64,000 nucleotides of DNA, from NCBI GenBank assembly GCA_963662275.1, contig OY759316.1, forward strand, positions 3,392,001 to 3,456,000, given 5' to 3'. Both the position numbers and the translations under genes were made by a program. Source of the DNA: Candidatus Cloacimonadales bacterium (GTDB lineage: Bacteria; Cloacimonadota; Cloacimonadia; Cloacimonadales; DAONDQ01). Below the pieces are notes generated by a model. It saw only the letters and a list, made by a program, of their open reading frames with translations. It was not told the DNA's origin and did no database searches. Below, piece after piece: positions 37,905 through 49,375 of the stretch (its first letter is position 1; each line of letters starts with the position of its first letter).

Positions 37905-40749
37905 TCAGCCTCCCTTTCAACATACGTTGCAAATCGACACGGGTAATATCAGCAAAACGATCGCGCCCCTTACTTTTTGATGTAAGTGCAAATCCACGAT
38001 TCTGTAAATCTTCGAGAGTTTCGTCTAAACGTTCTGTGAATCTCTCATATAATTTATCTCTACTTTTTTTATTATCCAGGTCTTCCACTTTCTGCATAAA
38101 AATCATATAGAAAAGAGCTTTGACCAAATTGAATTCATCAGAATCCATCCAATCATAATAAAATAGAATATAAAACAGTAATTGGTCACGATCTAGGTTT
38201 GTATCGTTCTGGGTAGTCTTATAATCAATAATGATCGCTCTTTTATTTGCATCTTCCAAACGAAGGTCAGCTCTGCCTCGTATTTTTACCCCTATTCCAT
38301 GATCTTTTTCACCTGGTTCAAAAAGTACTTTATATTTTCGTTCCTCATCTGTCATTTTAACCTGTTCAGGGATTGGTCTGATCATCTGAAATCCATAGAT
38401 TTCGCTAATGCTCTTCACTAATGTATCAGTGCTTTCTATCAGTTGCTGCCATAGAATTTCACGAAAAAAGAGGTCACTATAATTATGAGGTAATTTATAA
38501 TATAGATCATTTACTTTATTCATAATCAGCGATAACCGAGCCTCCAGGAAATCAGGAGTCCAAATCTTTTCCAGGAGTTTAATATCAAAGAATTCACCGT
38601 TCGTATGTTGATTTAAGTAACTCCAGCAATGACGGTAGAAATCGTGTGAGATATTCCCTATCATCTTCTCCGTAAGACAATTCTCATCGGGGTCTTCGAT
38701 CTCTTCCAAACGTGTATGGTATTGCAGGTAAGAAGCAAAAGAATTTACTCTCAGAGCTGCATAGTGAGAATAATCAAGAAGATAATAATTTGCTTCCAGG
38801 TCTTCCTGAGGATCGAATGGTAGATGAAAGAACTCATCTCTAACTTCAGGGTTGGGAATATCTGCTGAAGGAACAGTATCTTTTTCAAAAAGAGTAGAAT
38901 AGGCTAGCTTATATCCATTATCATTCCAATCCTGTGTTTCAATAATACTAGATGGAAGAAAGAGTTTGATCTCTTCCACAAAAGAGCTGGCATCTTTATC
39001 TTCGTCTTCATTTGCCAGGTAATATATCCAGGCAGTTTCAGCAGATAACAGGAAACGGAAAAAATAATACTTCTCTCGTAACCGAATATCTTCATATGTT
39101 TTCAAACCTAGCATTTGACGTTGAGTTTCCGAAAATAACCAAGGTACTTGAGTTGTACCAGGTAAATCACCCTCATTCGCATTCAAAACAGCAATATGCT
39201 GATAACATAGGTTACGTGTATCAATCAGATTGGATATTTTCGTTCTCTTTTGCTCAAATGATGAATGATTATACCTAATCATCTTGGGTTTGAGAAATTC
39301 CAATACCAGGTGGACAATTCCCTGCGCCAAAGCAGTAGGTGATGCGGTAAAGAATGAAGACCAATTGGTTACAATTTTCAGTTCCTCTATCGCCTGGAGA
39401 TTACCCAGAGCTTCATAAAGTACTTCTTCCAGGTTGGAACTGTTCTTTTCAATATCAGACAGGATCAGTTGCACCGGTAATCCATTATCCCTGTTCACCA
39501 GGTTAATGAAATCCTTGATTGACCAAATACTTAGAAGCTGCTTCAAGTAAGTGCAAATCCTGTTCAAAAATTGAATGGTGACTTGATTAAGCTCTATTTG
39601 CTTTGCTACATCGAGGAATTGCAAATCGAGATCAATGTATTGATAATCGTTCTTCACCAGGTTATCAAATTCACTACGAATGATTTCACGTTCTACCGCT
39701 TGAGGTACAAAACAGGATAGTGCATCATCAGTAAAGATGAATTCCCCAAGAGAAATCAGAGGTAAAAGATATTTTTGAAAGCCCGGTTCAAGAAGAAGTG
39801 ATTGGAGCATTCTATCGCTGATCTCCCAAAACCTAAAAACTGTGGTTCGGCAAAAGGAATCATTGATAGGAATTGCAAATTTAGAAGCAGATAAGTATTT
39901 CGCATAAGGCTCTCGTGTAAACACAGGATCTAATATCAATTCAGGCTGTTCAGAAGATTTAGTTTCCATCATCTGGAAAAAAGCTGAGAGCATTCCAAAA
40001 TGATTAAAGCATTTTACAAGTCGAATCTTACCAATTCGATAATCAGCTATGCTGTCAAGTTGCCAGTCTTTCACCTCAAGTATGCTTTCAGGCATGTGAT
40101 AATAAACGACCACTTCTTTATGATTATCCTCAAGAAATGTGCTGATATGAGATTCTAATTTTGTATAATAGAACTGATTTACAAAAACGAAACGCTCATA
40201 TTTATCCAAGAGTTGCAATTGCAGATTTGCTGTTCGATTAGCAAAAATTGTATCTGTAAATCCTTTGCTATTCAATACTGCTGAATAGTTCTTCCGTAAT
40301 TGTAACAAGTTTGTGTAAGTATCAATCTGCCAATCTTGTAGATCAGCCTCTTGTTCTTCCAAAATGAGTAAGAGTTTTTCAGGATCAATCATTTCTTCAT
40401 TCAATTCCTCAAAGAACTGGAAGAATTTATTCGCTAAATCAATTGATTGAAAGTAGTTTTGTATGTAGAAAGTTGATTTGAGAGAATCATCAAGAGCCTG
40501 ATAAAGTAGAAGTGTTCGTTTTTCTTCCCGAATGACTGGTACTTTAGGCATGAATAGGCATGATTTCATTTCATCCATATTCAAAAACAGAACCTCTTCG
40601 AATTTCCAGCTTAATCGATGAATTCTGAGTGCTTCCTGTTTTGCTGCATCTGTAGGGAAAATAAGAACAGAACCGTCTTTCGCTTCTTCACTAACGACAA
40701 TACGTGTGAAGTCTTCTTTAAAGGATAAAAAACGGGGTTGGATAGGCAT
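37891..40749 (-). CDS. AddB-like protein with C-terminal PD-(D/E)XK nuclease
   Basis: GRADL...IIDYKT; overlaps the addA-like gene. Confidence 0.8.
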   Translation of the reverse strand: MPIQPRFLSFKEDFTRIVVSEEAKDGSVLIFPTDAAKQEALRIHRLSWKFEEVLFLNMDEMKSCLFMPKVPVIREEKRTLLLYQALDDSLKSTFYIQNYFQSIDLANKFFQFFEELNEEMIDPEKLLLILEEQEADLQDWQIDTYTNLLQLRKNYSAVLNSKGFTDTIFANRTANLQLQLLDKYERFVFVNQFYYTKLESHISTFLEDNHKEVVVYYHMPESILEVKDWQLDSIADYRIGKIRLVKCFNHFGMLSAFFQMMETKSSEQPELILDPVFTREPYAKYLSASKFAIPINDSFCRTTVFRFWEISDRMLQSLLLEPGFQKYLLPLISLGEFIFTDDALSCFVPQAVEREIIRSEFDNLVKNDYQYIDLDLQFLDVAKQIELNQVTIQFLNRICTYLKQLLSIWSIKDFINLVNRDNGLPVQLILSDIEKNSSNLEEVLYEALGNLQAIEELKIVTNWSSFFTASPTALAQGIVHLVLEFLKPKMIRYNHSSFEQKRTKISNLIDTRNLCYQHIAVLNANEGDLPGTTQVPWLFSETQRQMLGLKTYEDIRLREKYYFFRFLLSAETAWIYYLANEDEDKDASSFVEEIKLFLPSSIIETQDWNDNGYKLAYSTLFEKDTVPSADIPNPEVRDEFFHLPFDPQEDLEANYYLLDYSHYAALRVNSFASYLQYHTRLEEIEDPDENCLTEKMIGNISHDFYRHCWSYLNQHTNGEFFDIKLLEKIWTPDFLEARLSLIMNKVNDLYYKLPHNYSDLFFREILWQQLIESTDTLVKSISEIYGFQMIRPIPEQVKMTDEERKYKVLFEPGEKDHGIGVKIRGRADLRLEDANKRAIIIDYKTTQNDTNLDRDQLLFYILFYYDWMDSDEFNLVKALFYMIFMQKVEDLDNKKSRDKLYERFTERLDETLEDLQNRGFALTSKSKGRDRFADITRVDLQRMLKGRLNVTE

Positions 40750-40982
40750 GAATCCCCCAATGTTTAATACATAATACTGCTTTCATCGAATTAGACCCCC
40801 CTCCCCCCCTTCCCAAGGGGGGATTAGCTTTTCTTTCCCAAATGTGGAATAGCTGATCCTCTTCAAAGTTGCTTTTTTAAGTATATACACATTCCCAAAA
40901 CCTGGTTTAATATCCCCCCTTGGGAAGGGGGGGAGGGGGGTCATTTTCTGCAAGTAATCCCCCCATATGTTGTTTAAATTAT

Positions 40983-42074
40983 CTATACATCCATTAGTTT
41001 TTCGCGTATTTTAGCACTGACCATATCCATCACCCAGACAACGATGGCAATAAGCCACATAATAACACCTACATTGCGCCAAGCAAGCATCATCTGCTGC
41101 TGCTGGAGAGCAAGACCAATACCTCCACCACCAACAAAACCCACAATTGTTGCCATTCGAACATTGATATCCCAACGATAAATCGTAAATGCCAGGAAAG
41201 GCGCTAATATCTGGGGAACGACGGCATATCTCCAAACTTGAAGTGTTGAAGCACCGGTTGCTTTGATCGCTTCGACAGGTCCGTTATCTATGTTCTCAAT
41301 CTGTTCTGAATATAGTTTCACCAACGAAGCAATAGAATGAATCATAAGTGCCAGCATACCTGCAAAGGGACCAATTCCTACCCAAACCGAAAAGATGATT
41401 GCCCAGACAATAGCTTCTATGGAACGGAAAATCGTTGATGTCGTCCTGACTATATAATAAATGATACTGCTGAACCAGTGTTTTTTCATCAGATTCTGTG
41501 CTGCCAAAAAACTTAGTAAAAAAGCAAAGGGAATAGCTACAATCGTTGCCATTAGTGCCAACATGACAGATTCTGCCAAAGCAAACAGCATATCTGTCAG
41601 GATAGCCAGATTCGGATGAATCAGACCGGTTACGATTCCTTTTGCATTTCTAAAATGAGTAAAGAACTTCACCGGTTGTATTTCAACAATGACATAACCC
41701 ACAGCTAAAGTAAGCAGCATCAGGAATACAGATCCCCAGCCCCAAAGCCTGGTATACCATCTACCCGGCTTGGTTTTTTCAGGCAAAAACAATTTGATCC
41801 CTACAGAATCCTTGATGAATATCATTACGATTGAAAGCAATACTGGTAGTATAAAAATGGCTAATGTGAAAATATGAGTTATAATCCATGGATTCTGATT
41901 AGTTGGAATCCAAGAACTGCATAATTTGATAACAGAGGAATTATCCAGTTCAAACCACTTCATTCCAAGATAATACATACCACCGAGTATATATAGCCAC
42001 ATGAAGTAATCCAGGACAAATGCCCTGAACCAATCATACCGGATAGAATTAGCGGATTTCGATTTGCTTGGCAT
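40983..42074 (-). CDS. phnE: Phosphonate/phosphate ABC permease
   Basis: GPVEAIKATGA, YRWDINVRMATIVGFVGGGGIG; start at 42074 is my choice. Confidence 0.9.
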   Translation of the reverse strand: MPSKSKSANSIRYDWFRAFVLDYFMWLYILGGMYYLGMKWFELDNSSVIKLCSSWIPTNQNPWIITHIFTLAIFILPVLLSIVMIFIKDSVGIKLFLPEKTKPGRWYTRLWGWGSVFLMLLTLAVGYVIVEIQPVKFFTHFRNAKGIVTGLIHPNLAILTDMLFALAESVMLALMATIVAIPFAFLLSFLAAQNLMKKHWFSSIIYYIVRTTSTIFRSIEAIVWAIIFSVWVGIGPFAGMLALMIHSIASLVKLYSEQIENIDNGPVEAIKATGASTLQVWRYAVVPQILAPFLAFTIYRWDINVRMATIVGFVGGGGIGLALQQQQMMLAWRNVGVIMWLIAIVVWVMDMVSAKIREKLMDV

Positions 42075-42804
42075 CTTCACCGTAGATGGCTTGGAATCGC
42101 TCATCATCGATCTCCTGTGGACTACCTTCAAACACGATTTTTCCATCCTTTAAGGCAACAACACGTGTGCCATATTTCCGGGCTAAACTTAGAAAATGCA
42201 GTGAACATACAACTGTCATATTATCTTTTGTATTCAAATCCCCCAGGTGTTGCATCACTGAATCTGCTGTCGCAGGATCAAGACTTGCTACAGGCTCATC
42301 TGCCAGGATTAGTTTAGGTTCCTGCATCAATGCCCTGGCAATGGCAACTCGCTGTTGCTGTCCACCGCTCAGATTCTTGACCAGACGATCTGCATACTGG
42401 ATCATACCAACACGTTTCAAGTTCTGTGTTGCTGTATCCAATTCACTTTTCTTCCAACTGGAAAAAATACCGTGATGTCCCAATCTTCCGGTCAGAACAT
42501 TCGTCATAACACTTAGATTCTTAATTAAATTGAATTGCTGAAAAATCATACCGATATGACTACGGATTTCCCGAAGATGATCACCTTTTGCAGCACAAAC
42601 ATCATCTCCATTGAACCTGATTTCACCCTGGGTGGGTTCGATCAAACGGTTTATACATCTTAGGAGAGTTGATTTACCAGACCCCGAAAGCCCCAGGAGA
42701 ATGACGAATTCGCCTTCCTTCACAGTGAAATGGATATCATGCAATGCATGAGTTCCATTTGGATAAATTTTATGTAGATTTTTAATCTCTAAAAGAGAAC
42801 TCAT
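42049..42804 (-). CDS. phnC: Phosphonate ABC ATP-binding protein
   Basis: [28 protein letters not shown]. Confidence 0.92.
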   Translation of the reverse strand: MSSLLEIKNLHKIYPNGTHALHDIHFTVKEGEFVILLGLSGSGKSTLLRCINRLIEPTQGEIRFNGDDVCAAKGDHLREIRSHIGMIFQQFNLIKNLSVMTNVLTGRLGHHGIFSSWKKSELDTATQNLKRVGMIQYADRLVKNLSGGQQQRVAIARALMQEPKLILADEPVASLDPATADSVMQHLGDLNTKDNMTVVCSLHFLSLARKYGTRVVALKDGKIVFEGSPQEIDDERFQAIYGEDAKQIEIR

Positions 42805-43709
42805 TGAATCATTTTCTCAGGATCGAAGCCTAAACTCTTCAAAGTTGTACGGACAATATCATAATCTGCGTTTGTTGATGGAACAAGACCATCAATCTGA
42901 TACAAATCCTTCAATGTTATCTTCCCATCAGATGATGAGGCAAAATCAAGTAGTGAAGCCACAATCTTTTCCTTCATTTTTGGATCCATATCTTTTCTGA
43001 AAGTGACAGTATCGTTGGGAATCCAATCCGTAAAACCAATAATTTTTATCTTCTGAAAGACATCAGGATAGGTTTCCACTATTGTCTTCCGTGAATCCTG
43101 TGGAACATTATTAATATCCGGAGGTGACCAGAAGGATGCTGCGACATCTGCTTGTCCTTGGTATACAGAGAGAATAGCAGCAGGATGACTTCCTGCATAG
43201 TACGTTTTTCCAGGTTGAATGTTCTTCTGTTTCAATATCGCTGATGGATAGATATAACCGGAAGTAGAAGCTGCATCTGTATAAGCGATGGTTTTGCCCT
43301 GAATATCATCAATGGAATTCAATTTACTATCTTCTCTTGCTACAAATTGTCCCCGATACTGTTTCAATCCATTCCGAACAGTTGTCAGTGCGACTTCTGC
43401 TCCGTATTTCTGGTGCGCTAGTATATAGGCAAATGTGGCAAGCCAGGCAATATCAGCTTCATTTGTTCCTAAGGCTTCTATCACTGCGGCATAACTTGTG
43501 GGTACAGCCACCTTAAAATAATAGCCTGTCTTTGCATGCAAATAATTGGAGATTGCCTCTCCACTTGTAATAATCTTACCAGCTTCCATGGATGGAACAA
43601 AATACATCTTTATCGGATTCTGCTTTGTCCCGAGAGGTGTGTTCGGACTACAAGCTTCGACTATCAACATGAGAATGATAAGACAAAGCAAAATAATCAT
43701 TTTCTTCAT
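42801..43709 (-). CDS. phnD: Phosphate/phosphite/phosphonate ABC substrate-binding lipoprotein
   Basis: SYAAVIEAL, DAASTSGYIYP, GSH; operon context. Confidence 0.9.
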   Translation of the reverse strand: MKKMIILLCLIILMLIVEACSPNTPLGTKQNPIKMYFVPSMEAGKIITSGEAISNYLHAKTGYYFKVAVPTSYAAVIEALGTNEADIAWLATFAYILAHQKYGAEVALTTVRNGLKQYRGQFVAREDSKLNSIDDIQGKTIAYTDAASTSGYIYPSAILKQKNIQPGKTYYAGSHPAAILSVYQGQADVAASFWSPPDINNVPQDSRKTIVETYPDVFQKIKIIGFTDWIPNDTVTFRKDMDPKMKEKIVASLLDFASSSDGKITLKDLYQIDGLVPSTNADYDIVRTTLKSLGFDPEKMIQ

Positions 43710-43817
43710 CGCCTGCTCCTATTTTTCTATCGTTATGTAATAGGTTCGAACGAGTTATTAATACTTCTAATTCAATAACAAATGGTAAAAACCAGATTCC
43801 TTTAAATTATATATGTT

Positions 43818-44552
43818 CTACAATGTCAAAATATTTATGAGATCACTTAACTCAGAGATGATGAATGTTGGAGAAATCTCACTTTCTTCTTCTTGATTTT
43901 GGGGATTATACCAACATGCATCCAACCCGAAATTTAAAGCTCCAAAGATATCTGAATGCAGGTTATCGCCAATCACCAGGACTTCTCCGGGAACCGGATT
44001 TCCCAATTGAAAAAGGGTATGATGGAAAAAAGCAGGTTCAGGTTTGGAATAACCGATTTCTTCTGAGATAATTACTTTACAGAAGAATTTTTCAAAACCG
44101 GATTTGCTTATCCTTCTGTGCTGCACCCTGGCAATACCGTTTGTCACAAGACACATTTGATATCTGCCATGAAGTGTTTCTAAGAGTTCCCTTGCTCCTG
44201 GCAACAGTTGTATTTGCTCGGATAAATGATCAAGGTACTTTTCGCTGCATTCATTTGCATCCAGGTGATGCAATGAAGATATCTCCAGGAACAAATCCCG
44301 GAAACGGGCTTTCTTCAGATCATCTAGTTTGATCCTCTTTTCTTCAAAGGCTCGCCAGTAACCTGCATTGATCCTAGTGTAAACATGTTTTAACTTCGTC
44401 ATATCTTCAGTACATTGAAAATCCCTAAATGTTAAACAGAGAGCCATGTCTTCTGCCTGGTTGTAATTGAAAAGGGTATTGTCGAGATCAAATAGAAGAT
44501 ACTTGTAATTCTGATGAGTTTTGTCGGTATTAGTATTCTGATTTGGCATCAT
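43818..44552 (-). CDS. YjjG-family HAD nucleotidase
   Basis: FDLDNTL, VTNG, SKPEP, IGDNLHSDI. Confidence 0.9.
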   Translation of the reverse strand: MMPNQNTNTDKTHQNYKYLLFDLDNTLFNYNQAEDMALCLTFRDFQCTEDMTKLKHVYTRINAGYWRAFEEKRIKLDDLKKARFRDLFLEISSLHHLDANECSEKYLDHLSEQIQLLPGARELLETLHGRYQMCLVTNGIARVQHRRISKSGFEKFFCKVIISEEIGYSKPEPAFFHHTLFQLGNPVPGEVLVIGDNLHSDIFGALNFGLDACWYNPQNQEEESEISPTFIISELSDLINILTL

Positions 44553-44566
44553 TAGAATTCAATTGT

Positions 44567-45847
44567 TTAAATCAATTCCCAATCCTGGAAAAACTGATCG
44601 ACTACGAGGATGTCTCTTTGCCATACTTCCTTGATCTGCGATTGTTCTACATCATCGATTGTGAAACCTGAATTGTTGAATAAATTACTGCTGAAGATAG
44701 GCATTTCATCCGGCTGGAGTATTACTTGTTCATAGATATCCGTAAAAGATAGCAAACCGGATACGGTGACAGTTTCACCTAAGAATTTGTTGACAACGGA
44801 TACAACACGAATGCTGATCTTCCCAAGCTTTTTGTTCATTTCATCAGCTAGTTTCTGAATCATGGGATATGCTGAAGTACCAGTAATCATAACTAAATTA
44901 TGCTTCCACCGTTGAATATCTTTGATGAATTCACGCTTTGCATTTTTCCAGTTATCCAACAGTAAACGAGTCATGCCAATGCCGTTCTCTAATTGAGGAT
45001 AATCCCCATAGAATTCATCAGTAGGTATTTCTTCCCCGCAAAGATTATAGATTTCATCAGCACAATAGATTTTATTCGGTTGAAAAAGCTCACTTACCCT
45101 CCTGGTCATATCGAGGACTTCACATGCTTTTCCTGCATCAATTGGTCTAATCAGGGGAAGGTTTTTTCGATAACTGGTAAGTCCCACAGGAACAACACCA
45201 ATGGAAAGGACATTTAAATCTGATGAGCAAAGATCGAGTAGTGTCTTCTCCAATTCTGTACCATCATTCCATTCGGGGACAACTACGATTTGAACATGCA
45301 TTTCAATTCCGTTTTCTGATAAAGTCCGCATGATTTCCATGACGTTAATCGTTTGTCTATATCCCATCATCTTTTGTCTCAGAACACTATTCGTGGAATG
45401 CACAGAAATGTATAAGGGGGATAGTCGTTGAGTAATGATCTTCTTGATATCTCTTTCACTAATGTTCGTTAAAGTGATAAAATTACCAAAAACAAATGAA
45501 AACAAGTAATCATCGTCCTTTTCATAAAGAGTAGTACGTAATTCAGGACGCATCTGATCAACAAAACAAAAGACACAGCGATTGGTACACATTCTACAAT
45601 TATGAGGAATTGGTTCAATACCCAATGGATTTTGCCAGTTTTGTTCTATTTCAATTCGTTTTTTAAAACCATCTTGATCGATGTATTCGATATTTAATTC
45701 CCTGTCTGCACCATAAAACTGGAGATCGATAAAATCATAAATATTCTTATCATTCATAGAGATAATCGTGTCTCCTACCTTTAATCCATTTTTCTCCGCT
45801 AAGCTTTTAGGAATAATGGATTGAATTTTAAGAGACATAAACCTCAC
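44567..45847 (-). CDS. PDZ + radical SAM-like DUF512 Fe-S protein
   Basis: CTNRCVFCF, KDDDY, PQLENGIG. Confidence 0.88.
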   Translation of the reverse strand: MRFMSLKIQSIIPKSLAEKNGLKVGDTIISMNDKNIYDFIDLQFYGADRELNIEYIDQDGFKKRIEIEQNWQNPLGIEPIPHNCRMCTNRCVFCFVDQMRPELRTTLYEKDDDYLFSFVFGNFITLTNISERDIKKIITQRLSPLYISVHSTNSVLRQKMMGYRQTINVMEIMRTLSENGIEMHVQIVVVPEWNDGTELEKTLLDLCSSDLNVLSIGVVPVGLTSYRKNLPLIRPIDAGKACEVLDMTRRVSELFQPNKIYCADEIYNLCGEEIPTDEFYGDYPQLENGIGMTRLLLDNWKNAKREFIKDIQRWKHNLVMITGTSAYPMIQKLADEMNKKLGKISIRVVSVVNKFLGETVTVSGLLSFTDIYEQVILQPDEMPIFSSNLFNNSGFTIDDVEQSQIKEVWQRDILVVDQFFQDWELI

Positions 45848-46176
45848 CTTTCCTTCATGAAAATGATTTTTGCATGTACCAGGATGCTTATTTGGAAAAG
45901 AAAAAGATGTTTGTCAATGAGAAATAAAGAAGGTATATTTTCGCCTTTTCTATTAATTCTTATCTTTCTTATTATGAAATATACTCTTCACTCGTAGTTC
46001 GCTTTTCGATGTGTTTTGCTGAAATATCTCTAATTATCTGCCTGAGAAGAAGAAAGCTAAGCTGCCACTTTTTTTATTGAGATGATCTTCCCATTTATTT
46101 ATCTTGTCTATCTCAAGGTTTGGAAGAAAAGTTGCATAAGTACTACTAGCTTATAATATGCTTATAGGAGGAAATT

Positions 46177-49100
46177 GTGAGATTCAAGTATATAATTATC
46201 CTGATCCTTTTCGGATTAGGAATCCAGTTTTTACCCGCTCAACCCGCTATGTGGCCTAGTGCTGTTGCTATCCGTCAAGGATTAAACATTGAATGGTTTC
46301 GTACCGCTGCTGCAGGTCCAGATGGCTCTATGATTATCGTTTGGTCTGATACCAAATACGGTGGTAGAGATATGTGGGCACAAAAAGTCGACGCTAATGG
46401 TAATTTCCTGTGGGGAGCACAGCCTCTCCTCATTGATAACAAATTTGACCGACAGGAAGATCCTGTCATTATCGCTACAAATGATAATGGGTATGTGATT
46501 GCCTGGATCGATTTCTCTACAGATCTTGATGGTAATGTTTATGCTCAGAAAGTTAGCAACACCGGACAAATTCTTTGGCAACAAGGTGGAGTTCCCTTGT
46601 GTGTGACTGCTGGTAACCAGATTTCAATCAACGGTTGCGCAGATAATACTGGTGGTGCTTATTTGAATTGGGTCGATTCACGAAATCCCAGTAAAGATAT
46701 TTATGGAGCTCACGTTCTTTCTGATGGAACAATGCCCTGGGTACTGAATGGCATTCCTTTTGCTAACAGCACAGGTGATGAGGCTTCCAATACTATGTGG
46801 GAAGATGGTACCGGTGGTTTTATTATCGCTTATTCAAATAAAGTAGAACAACAAAGCGATATTTATATCAATCGTTTCCTGCCCAGTGGCTCTTCTGCTT
46901 GGGGAGGCACTCAGGTATTATCAAATGGACCAAATGACCAGGATATGGTGAAAATGGCTCCCGATGGTACAGGTTCTTTTATTCTTACCTGGAAGGACAT
47001 GCGTGCTACTGATCCTCAAATTTATGCACAACGGGTGAATCTGGATGGTCAATTCCTGTGGGCTAACCCTGTCAATGTGTATCCTGAACCTGATACAATT
47101 TTATCCAATCAAACCAATCCCCGAATTGTTCAATCAAGTGACAGCGGGGCTATTATTGTTTGGGAAGATAATAGAAATGATGATGTCTATACAGATTTGT
47201 ATGCGCAAAAACTGTCAATTTCCGGTTCCTTACTCTGGCCTGTAAGTGGTATTGCTGTTTCCATTGCTCCCTTCCATCAGAAGGATCCACGCCTAATTGA
47301 TGATTCAAATGGCGGTTGTTTTGTTGTTTGGGATGATACACGTGATGGAAATTACCCTAATGTTGATATCTATTCTCAGCACATTCTTACCGACGGAACG
47401 ATGGTTTGGGAAACGAATGGACGTCCAGTATGTAATGCTCCCGGTGAACAATCAGGTTCACTGATCAAGCGCTCTGGAAATGATTTGTTCGTATGTTGGG
47501 CTGATTCCCGTAATGGTTCTATCGGTCTATACTACCAGGTCGTTACGACTGCTGGTACAAATCTTCTGGAAGCCAACGGTAAACGTGTCATTTGGGGACT
47601 AAGTGGTGATGCTGTAAAAGATCAATCAGTTATGCTGAAACGTTCCAATGATGTCGTTGTAATTTGGCAGGATACTCGTTTTGCTAATTTTGGATACCAG
47701 ATATTCTTCCAGATTATTCGTCCTGATAGTACGGTGTTAATGCCAGTAAATGGCAAACCGATTACCGCTTTTTCTAATGGAAACCAGGAAAGTCCTTCCG
47801 CAGTTGTCACACCAGATGGACAAATCGCGATCACTTGGAAAGAACAACGTGGAGAATATCCAAAAGTATATGCTCAACTCTTAGATATTAATGGAAATTA
47901 TCTGTGGGGAGATATGGGTATGGAAGTTACCCTTTCAACACCTATTGAACAAAGATATCCAAAGATTTCTTATGAAGATGGGGCTTTTTATATAGGCTGG
48001 TCAAATTCTGATTCTTTAAACGCTGATAGTCGTTTATTCCGTATTTGGGGTCAGAAGATTGTTAATGGAGAACGTATGTGGGGAGCAAACGGAAAACTGA
48101 TTTCTGAAACTCCTGTAGGAGCAAATCCCACTGAATGCCTGATGCAAAGAATAGTTGGACGTTATTTCGTTTGGCTTACCCAAGATGTTTTATATGCAAA
48201 ACTTGTTGATGCAACCACCGGTAACAGTGCTCCTGGTTGGAATGTCAATGGTAATCGTTCTTCACGTTATGTAGGTGATGGGCTTCTACAGTTATCCCCG
48301 ATTGCTGCTGCTGCCGGAGATGGATTAGTAGTAGTGTGGGAAGATTTACGTAATCAATTTATTAAAAATCTCTATGCTCAAAAGTATAATGTTGATGGTT
48401 TACTTGCTTGGGATTCACTGGGTGTTCATCTCGGCGGTTTTGGTCATGAACAGGATCAATCTGCTTTATATATCGCTGATGGTGTTTACATTCCATGGCG
48501 TGAGAATGTGGATGGGGCAACCCAGGATATTCTAATGCAGAAATTATCAATGTCAGGCGAACCAATGTGGGATGAAGACGGTATTTACGTCATTCAAAGA
48601 CCATCGACCCAATCTGCTCCTTCGATTGCTCCCATTGATAACGACATCAATTTACTGGTTCCCTGGGAAGATACTTTTGATCTGGAAACTGATATCCTCA
48701 TGCGTCGTATCGGTTCCAACGGTGTTGGATATGACAATGCTTTAGGATATGTTGTTTCAGATGCCCCAAAATCTCAGTTCAACCCATCTGTTGTTTCCAT
48801 GGGTAATTATCAGGACTTCATTGTCTGGGAAGATGCACGTTCGAGCGGAAAGACTGAAATTGACGGACTTTACATCCAGTTTGTTGATTATCTCCATGTT
48901 GTCCCCAACAGCGATCTTGTTACTCCTGCCCCTGTTGCAGTTCTTTATAATAATTATCCGAATCCATTCAATCCAGAAACAACCATAAGTTTCAGTCTTC
49001 ACAAACAGGGAAAAGCAAAACTGGAGATCTTTAATATTAAAGGACAGAAAGTGCGTACACTCTTGGATGATACTGTAACTTCAGGATTGCATAACATCGT

Positions 49101-49209
49101 ATGGAATGGAAACAATGATGATCATAAATCTGTTGGATCAGGTGTTTACTTCTATAGACTTACAGCCGGACATCTTATCGGCACAAAGAAAATGATTCTA
49201 ATCAAATAG
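46177..49209 (+). CDS. Large secreted repeat protein with FlgD/T9SS-type C-terminal domain
   Basis: Signal peptide; repeated W.D.R...DIYAQ; NYPNPFNPETTI...SGVYFY. Confidence 0.85.
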   Translation: MRFKYIIILILFGLGIQFLPAQPAMWPSAVAIRQGLNIEWFRTAAAGPDGSMIIVWSDTKYGGRDMWAQKVDANGNFLWGAQPLLIDNKFDRQEDPVIIATNDNGYVIAWIDFSTDLDGNVYAQKVSNTGQILWQQGGVPLCVTAGNQISINGCADNTGGAYLNWVDSRNPSKDIYGAHVLSDGTMPWVLNGIPFANSTGDEASNTMWEDGTGGFIIAYSNKVEQQSDIYINRFLPSGSSAWGGTQVLSNGPNDQDMVKMAPDGTGSFILTWKDMRATDPQIYAQRVNLDGQFLWANPVNVYPEPDTILSNQTNPRIVQSSDSGAIIVWEDNRNDDVYTDLYAQKLSISGSLLWPVSGIAVSIAPFHQKDPRLIDDSNGGCFVVWDDTRDGNYPNVDIYSQHILTDGTMVWETNGRPVCNAPGEQSGSLIKRSGNDLFVCWADSRNGSIGLYYQVVTTAGTNLLEANGKRVIWGLSGDAVKDQSVMLKRSNDVVVIWQDTRFANFGYQIFFQIIRPDSTVLMPVNGKPITAFSNGNQESPSAVVTPDGQIAITWKEQRGEYPKVYAQLLDINGNYLWGDMGMEVTLSTPIEQRYPKISYEDGAFYIGWSNSDSLNADSRLFRIWGQKIVNGERMWGANGKLISETPVGANPTECLMQRIVGRYFVWLTQDVLYAKLVDATTGNSAPGWNVNGNRSSRYVGDGLLQLSPIAAAAGDGLVVVWEDLRNQFIKNLYAQKYNVDGLLAWDSLGVHLGGFGHEQDQSALYIADGVYIPWRENVDGATQDILMQKLSMSGEPMWDEDGIYVIQRPSTQSAPSIAPIDNDINLLVPWEDTFDLETDILMRRIGSNGVGYDNALGYVVSDAPKSQFNPSVVSMGNYQDFIVWEDARSSGKTEIDGLYIQFVDYLHVVPNSDLVTPAPVAVLYNNYPNPFNPETTISFSLHKQGKAKLEIFNIKGQKVRTLLDDTVTSGLHNIVWNGNNDDHKSVGSGVYFYRLTAGHLIGTKKMILIK

Positions 49210-49227
49210 TTCTATCTATGATAAATC

Positions 49228-49258
49228 AAAAGGGCAGTTTTATACTGCCCTTTTTTTT
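49228..49258 (+). terminator. Rho-independent terminator
   Basis: AAAAGGGCAGT-TTTAT-ACTGCCC followed by T8. Confidence 0.85.
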
Positions 49259-49375
49259 ATAGTTTCATTTTCCTGAAGTACGAAATTCCCTGTTTGAATA
49301 ATTAGGTCTTGATATTTTCGAAGGGAATGTTGGACTCCAGGTCGCTATTAAGACTTATTCCACAAAATCTTGTTC